Below are positions 8,325-12,460 of a stretch of 12,460 nucleotides of DNA, piece after piece. The DNA is taken from NCBI GenBank assembly GCA_038872135.1, contig JAVZGN010000020.1:6621-19080 (forward strand). The letters run 5' to 3'. Both the position numbers and the translations under genes were made by a program. Source of the stretch: Candidatus Hadarchaeales archaeon (GTDB lineage Archaea > Hadarchaeota > Hadarchaeia > Hadarchaeales > Hadarchaeaceae). How positions within the stretch are numbered: the stretch's first letter is position 1; every line of letters begins with the position of its first letter. The notes under the pieces are model-generated. The model ran no database searches and had not been told where the DNA came from. It saw only the letters and a list, made by a program, of their open reading frames with translations.

Positions 8325-8341
8325 AAAAGTGCAAAAGTCTA
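8325..8341 (-). repeat. IS terminal inverted repeat (promoter-proximal end)
   Basis: AAAAGTGCAAAAGTCTA, the exact inverse of 6795-6811. Confidence 0.9.
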
Positions 8342-8410
8342 ACTTGTAGCAGTTATTAATATCTTGTAGTGGCGAACCCTTTTGCAGTTTTTTCAAACCT
8401 TCCAATCGCC

Positions 8411-8430
8411 ACCGAAATCGATTTATCTTA
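8411..8430 (+). promoter_or_regulatory. Candidate BRE-TATA promoter of the C/D sRNA
   Basis: ACCGAAA-TCG-ATTTATCTTA. The AT-rich box is centred about 25 nt upstream of the sRNA 5' stem at 8448-8449. Confidence 0.5.
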
Positions 8431-8447
8431 GAAGGAATCAGTTCTAT

Positions 8448-8514
8448 TGCCCCCATGATGTCACGACATCGGCTGAGGTGACGATGATTTGAATGATGGG
8501 CGGACTGAGGGGCA
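8448..8514 (+). ncRNA. Box C/D 2'-O-methylation guide sRNA; D guide predicted to target the 16S rRNA C1402 equivalent
   Basis: Terminal stem TGCCCC (8448-8453)/GGGGCA (8509-8514); box C ATGATGT (8455-8461); 11-nt guide; D' CTGA (8473-8476); degenerate C' within 8478-8490; box D CTGA (8505-8508). Guide TGATGGGCGG (8494-8503) pairs with conserved 16S CCGCCCGUCA (E. coli 1399-1408) with one G-U pair. Confidence 0.85.
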
Positions 8515-8560
8515 CAGAGCTTTTGCGAGATCTCTAAACCAGATGGAGAAACTCTCGCCT

Positions 8561-8938
8561 TCAGAAACCGAAAGTTACGACTCTAGCCCCATAAGCACAC
8601 AGCTTTAGTTGCCTGCACTTCCTGCAGAGGCTGTAGAGGGCGTTCATCTGCCCGCTCTTAGCCAGAGCAAGGGCCTGATCGCAAGCATCAGTCCTAAACT
8701 CCTTTGGGGTGCCAAAGGCTATGAGCGTCATAGTTCTCTTTATTCCTGGAATGCTGTGAATTTCCTCTGGAATCACCTTCACCAGCTTTTCGAAAGATTC
8801 CGTCTCGACCTTCGCAACTATCGAGTAGGGTCCAGCTACAGAATAGGCCTCGGCCACTTCTTCAACATCGAGAATTTTTTCCAGCACTTCCTCTATCCTT
8901 CCAGTTTCGGTGTCAATGAGGATGAAGGCAACCGGCAT
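8561..8938 (-). CDS. Lrp/AsnC ligand-binding (RAM) domain protein, no HTH, with Cys-rich C-terminal extension
   Basis: AFILID...VAEAYSVAGPYSIVAKV...IHSIPGIKRTMTLI, followed by about 50 aa containing C-x18-CxxC-x5-C. Confidence 0.82.
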   Translation of the reverse strand: MPVAFILIDTETGRIEEVLEKILDVEEVAEAYSVAGPYSIVAKVETESFEKLVKVIPEEIHSIPGIKRTMTLIAFGTPKEFRTDACDQALALAKSGQMNALYSLCRKCRQLKLCAYGARVVTFGF

Positions 8939-8946
8939 TTTTCCAC

Positions 8947-9177
8947 CTACTCAAACGCGAAAAGCGTTAGAGTGTTTTTCACCCCTGGAATCTTGTGTAT
9001 CTTCTGCGTCACCGCCTGAGCCACATCCTCAAATTTCGGCGACTCCACTTTCACGACGATGTCGTGGGGCCCGGCAACTGAGTATGCCTCGGCCACCCCC
9101 TCAGTTTTTCTCAGCTCTTGGAGGATTCCCCTGATCTTCCCGACATCGGCATCAACGAGCACATATGCAACTGGCAT
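8947..9177 (-). CDS. Stand-alone Lrp/AsnC ligand-binding (RAM) domain protein (demi-FFRP type)
   Basis: AYVLVD...GVAEAYSVAGPHDIVVKVE...IHKIPGVKNTLTL; 76 aa. GGAGGTG RBS follows the trpB2 stop directly. Confidence 0.88.
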   Translation of the reverse strand: MPVAYVLVDADVGKIRGILQELRKTEGVAEAYSVAGPHDIVVKVESPKFEDVAQAVTQKIHKIPGVKNTLTLFAFE

Positions 9178-9191
9178 CTTCCATCACCTCC

Positions 9192-10547
9192 TCACACTTT
9201 TGGCACCTTCTTAAGAGCCTCTCTCACCAATTCCTCTGGGTATTCATAGTCAATAAGCTTTCCCCTCAAGAAATCGTCGTAGGCCTGAAGGTCGAAATGC
9301 CCGTGCCCGCTGCAGTTGAAGAGGATCACCTTTTCCTCCCCCTTCTCCTTGCATCTCAGCGCCTCGTCTATAACGGCTTTCACGGCGTGAGCGGTTTCAG
9401 GAGCCACAACAAAGCCCTCGGCTTTCGCGAAAAGCCTCGCAGCCTCAAAAACCTCATTCTGGTGATATGCAATAGCTCCAACATAGCCCTCGTGTGTGAG
9501 CTTGCAGAGGAGGGGAGCATCCCCATGGTATCTCAGTCCCCCGGCGTGGATGGGGGGTGGCATGTAGGTGTGTCCTAGGGTGTACATCTTCAGAAGCGGC
9601 GTCATCTCCGCTGTGTCCCCAAAGTCATATATGTATGGACCCTTCGTGAGGGTTGGACAGGCTTTCGGCTCAATCGAGAAGGCCTGGAGTTCCGGCTTCT
9701 TCCCCGTTAACTTGTCCGCCATGAATGGAAAGAGGAGTCCAGAGAAGTTGCTGCCCCCGCCAACGCAACCAAAAATCACATCTGGATACTCGCCCACCAT
9801 CTCAAGCTGTTTTTTGGCCTCCAGCCCAATCACCGTCTGGTGAAGAAGGACATGGTTGAGGACGCTGCCCAAGGAGTACTTTGTGTCTTCGTGGGTTGCA
9901 GCATCCTCTATCGCCTCTGAGATCGCAATCCCAAGGCTGCCGGGATTATTTGGGTCCTGCTCAAGCACCCTTCTCCCATACTGGGTCCTGTTGCTTGGGC
10001 TCGGCACACACTCCGCCCCCCAGGTTTCCATCAGAATCCTGCGGTAGGGCTTTTGCTGGTAGCTCACCTTAACCATGTAAATGGTGCACTTCAACCCAAA
10101 CAGCATGGTGGCGAAGGCCAAGGAGCTACCCCACTGCCCAGCTCCAGTCTCAGTCGTCAGGCGTTGTACACCTTCTTTCATGTTGTAGTAGGCCTGGGCG
10201 ACGGCGGTGTTCGGCTTGTGGCTTCCCGGTGGGCTCACACCTTCCCATTTATAGTAAATCCTCGCTGGAGTCTTCAGGGCCCTTTCAAGTCTCACGGCCC
10301 TGTAGAGGGGGGTCGGGCGCCAGATTCTATAAACCTCTCTTACCTCCTCTGGAATTGGGATCCATCTCTCCCGGCTCACCTCCTGTTTGATGAGCTCCAT
10401 GGGGAAAATTCTTGCGAGGGCTTCAGGCCCAATCGGCTCTTTTGTGACAGGATTGAGCGGGGGATCAAGAGGCGTCGGAAGGTCAGCCTGGATATTGTAC
10501 CAAGCTTTCGGGATCTCATCCTCCGGGAGGAGAATTTTTGTCTGCAT
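9192..10547 (-). CDS. trpB2: Tryptophan synthase beta chain 2 (TrpB2, PLP-dependent)
   Basis: IPKAWYNI N-terminus, GSHKPNTA (PLP Lys), [49 protein letters not shown]. No trpA adjacent. Confidence 0.95.
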   Translation of the reverse strand: MQTKILLPEDEIPKAWYNIQADLPTPLDPPLNPVTKEPIGPEALARIFPMELIKQEVSRERWIPIPEEVREVYRIWRPTPLYRAVRLERALKTPARIYYKWEGVSPPGSHKPNTAVAQAYYNMKEGVQRLTTETGAGQWGSSLAFATMLFGLKCTIYMVKVSYQQKPYRRILMETWGAECVPSPSNRTQYGRRVLEQDPNNPGSLGIAISEAIEDAATHEDTKYSLGSVLNHVLLHQTVIGLEAKKQLEMVGEYPDVIFGCVGGGSNFSGLLFPFMADKLTGKKPELQAFSIEPKACPTLTKGPYIYDFGDTAEMTPLLKMYTLGHTYMPPPIHAGGLRYHGDAPLLCKLTHEGYVGAIAYHQNEVFEAARLFAKAEGFVVAPETAHAVKAVIDEALRCKEKGEEKVILFNCSGHGHFDLQAYDDFLRGKLIDYEYPEELVREALKKVPKV

Positions 10548-10573
10548 CCAACCTCCATCTTCAGTTTGATGGC

Positions 10574-10588
10574 ATAATTATAAATATT
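10574..10588. promoter_or_regulatory. AT-rich TATA element in the 68-bp divergent trpB2/LysE intergenic region
   Basis: ATAATTATAAATATT reads TTATAAA on + and TTTATAA on -, about 30-38 nt from both start codons. Confidence 0.55.
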
Positions 10589-10615
10589 GCGCAGAAGTGT
10601 TCATCAAGGGACAAA

Positions 10616-11251
10616 ATGCTTCAGGCCTTCGCGCAGTTTCCCATAGGTTTTATCATCGCTCTTTCGGGAGCCCTAGTTCCGGGGCCGCTCCTCGCCTATG
10701 TTGTTGCGAAATCTGCGGCATCCGGTAAAAAGGTTGGTCCACACACGGTCGTCGGTCATGTGATAGTTGAGCTGGTCCTCCTCTCTCTTCTCCTTTTCGG
10801 CCTCGGAATCGTTCTCCAAAGCCCTGAATTTCAAATGGTTGTAGGAATTTTGGGCGGGGCATGTCTTCTGCCGCTTGGATTTCTCACGGTAAAGGGGGCA
10901 ACCAGAGCGGAATACAAGGCCAACGCCGCGATTGCAAGATATCCCCCAGTGATCGGCGGAGTTCTCTACAGCACGGTCCTGAACCCAACTGTGATCATCT
11001 GGTGGGCCACCATAGGATTTGCCACGATCATGGACGCTTACGCCACAGCCTCTCTTCTGGGGGTAGGCTTTTGGCTGGCGGGGCACTGGCTCGCAGACTT
11101 CTGGTGGTTCTCCTTCATCTCCATCTCTGTGGTTGAGGGAAAGAAGTTCATAGGAAGTAGGGGCTACAGGGTCCTTCTCTTCTGCTGCGGAATTCTTCTG
11201 CTCATCATCGGCGCCTCTCTTCTGGCGAAGTATGGAGGAGGGCTTCTCTAA
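10616..11251 (+). CDS. LysE-family transporter
   Basis: GFIIALSGALVPGP, GH..VE, LNPTVIIWWATIG, GHWLADFWW, and about six hydrophobic segments. Start moved to ATG 10616 because the track's 10538 start overlaps trpB2. Confidence 0.88.
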   Translation: MLQAFAQFPIGFIIALSGALVPGPLLAYVVAKSAASGKKVGPHTVVGHVIVELVLLSLLLFGLGIVLQSPEFQMVVGILGGACLLPLGFLTVKGATRAEYKANAAIARYPPVIGGVLYSTVLNPTVIIWWATIGFATIMDAYATASLLGVGFWLAGHWLADFWWFSFISISVVEGKKFIGSRGYRVLLFCCGILLLIIGASLLAKYGGGLL

Positions 11252-11811
11252 ACTGGCTTTTCTCCCCATCTCCTGTAGAGCCTGTGGTCCACCCCAAGGG
11301 CCTCAAAAACCTTTCCCACGATGAAATCAACCAAATCCTCAATTTTCTTTGGCTGGTGGTAGAAGGCCGGCGCTGCGGGGATTAAAACAACTCCAGCCTT
11401 GGCAAGTCTCAGCATGTTCTCCAGCTGGATAACGCTTACCGGAGCCTCCCTCCAGACCAAGATGAGCTTTCTTCCCTGCTTCATAGTCACCTCTGCTGCC
11501 CTTGTGATGAGATCCTTCGAAACCCCGCTGGCGATTGCACCCAGAGTCCCCATGCTGCAGGGAATGATCACCATCCCATCTACAGGATGGGAGCCGCTGG
11601 CAATCGGTGCTGTTAAGTCTTGGAAATCATAGGTTATTGAAGCAAGCTTTTTTACATCATCGGCGGTTTTTCCAGTTTCAAGCGAGATTATTTTTTCCGC
11701 GACATCTGAGATGACCAATTCCGTTTCTATTCTCATTTCTCTGCAGAGCTCCAGAAACCTCACCCCATAAACAGCACCGCTCGCCCCCGTTATTCCAACG
11801 ACAATCTTCAT
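11248..11811 (-). CDS. ubiX: Flavin prenyltransferase UbiX
   Basis: VGITGASGAVYG, APIASGS, PCSMGTLGAIASG, LITRAAEV, REAP, LENMLRL, PAFYHQP, DLVDFIVGK. Confidence 0.95.
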   Translation of the reverse strand: MKIVVGITGASGAVYGVRFLELCREMRIETELVISDVAEKIISLETGKTADDVKKLASITYDFQDLTAPIASGSHPVDGMVIIPCSMGTLGAIASGVSKDLITRAAEVTMKQGRKLILVWREAPVSVIQLENMLRLAKAGVVLIPAAPAFYHQPKKIEDLVDFIVGKVFEALGVDHRLYRRWGEKPV

Positions 11812-12459
11812 CTAACCGATCTCTCTTATTTTTGCTGCGATGGCGTCTCCAACTTCAGATGTTTTAGACTTCCCTCCCAAATCATAAGTTCTCACTTTTC
11901 CCTCCTTCAGGATCTCGACAACGGCTTCTTCTATGACTTGGGCTCCCCTCACCTCCCCCAGATGCTCGAGCATCATCTCTCCGGCGAGAATGGTGGCGAT
12001 GGGATTTGCCACATTTTTTCCGGCATGTTTTGGTGCCGATCCATGGATTGGCTCGAACATGCTCACGCCTTCTGGGTTTATGTTTCCCCCCGGCGCCAGC
12101 CCAAGACCCCCCTGAATCATTGCCCCGAGATCTGTGATGATGTCCCCAAACATGTTCGGGGTCACAACCACCTGGTACCACTCGGGATTTTTCACAAACC
12201 ACATGGTGATGGCGTCCACAAATGCAAATTCTGTTTCGATCTCAGGATACTCCCTTGCCACCTTCTCAAAAACCTCCCTCCAGAGGGAGTAGACGTGGGT
12301 AAGGACATTGGCCTTGTCCACAGATGTAACCCTCTTCTTCCCCTTTTTTCTCGCAAGCTCGAAAGCATATCTGATAGTCCTTTCTGCCCCCTTTCTGCTA
12401 ATCACACCTATCTGATATGCAATTTCGTCTCCGTCGACTTCCACATCCAGCCCAAATTT
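11812..12459 (-). CDS. leuB: 3-isopropylmalate dehydrogenase (isocitrate/isopropylmalate dehydrogenase family), C-terminal part; 5' end lies outside the window
   Basis: [54 protein letters not shown]. Frame stays open to the window edge. Substrate specificity cannot be fixed from this half. Confidence 0.8.
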   Translation of the reverse strand, partial: KFGLDVEVDGDEIAYQIGVISRKGAERTIRYAFELARKKGKKRVTSVDKANVLTHVYSLWREVFEKVAREYPEIETEFAFVDAITMWFVKNPEWYQVVVTPNMFGDIITDLGAMIQGGLGLAPGGNINPEGVSMFEPIHGSAPKHAGKNVANPIATILAGEMMLEHLGEVRGAQVIEEAVVEILKEGKVRTYDLGGKSKTSEVGDAIAAKIREIG

Positions 12460-12460
12460 T

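Larger units (their letters stand above)
6795..8341 (-). mobile_element. IS701-family insertion sequence, apparently complete (~1.55 kb)
   Basis: Perfect 17-bp terminal inverted repeats TAGACTTTTGCACTTTT (6795-6811) and AAAAGTGCAAAAGTCTA (8325-8341). End tetranucleotides are CTAG (6794-6797) and CTAA (8339-8342). Encloses a DDE transposase; codon usage is visibly CGC/GCG-rich, unlike the flanking genes. Confidence 0.9.

Noticed and set aside
8068-8334. 88-aa minus-strand ORF and the plus-strand ORFs 7923-8210 and 8050-8319
   Set aside because: They run through the IR, subterminal repeats and promoter, and show no protein-like motifs.
10538-10615. Upstream extension of the LysE ORF
   Set aside because: Overlaps the trpB2 start and the TATA element; the family-like sequence begins at ATG 10616.
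10673-11269. 198-aa minus-strand ORF downstream of ubiX
   Set aside because: Antisense shadow of the hydrophobic LysE gene, with no recognisable family features.

Overview
Archaeal chromosomal window, judged from GGAGGTG ribosome-binding sites, BRE/TATA promoters, the DKFP-type shikimate entry genes and a box C/D sRNA. Left to right: (1) the 3' part of a DUF1116/YlbE(AllG)-family gene. (2) An intergenic mini-array of three 22-bp palindromic repeats separated by unique 33- and 40-bp spacers, with no cas genes in the window. (3) A tightly coupled minus-strand operon aroA'-aroB'-aroD-aroE-tyrA-pheA-nadE. (4) An apparently intact ~1.55-kb IS701-family element with perfect 17-bp terminal inverted repeats, carrying a transposase plus a 54-aa DUF2080-like gene missing from the ORF track. 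(5) A box C/D guide sRNA whose D guide pairs with the conserved 16S decoding-site sequence and points to the C1402 equivalent. (6) trpB2 followed by two HTH-less Lrp/AsnC ligand-binding-domain genes, one with a 4-Cys tail. (7) A divergent LysE-family transporter, ubiX, and the 3' part of a leuB-like dehydrogenase. All calls come from reading the sequence; no database searches were run.
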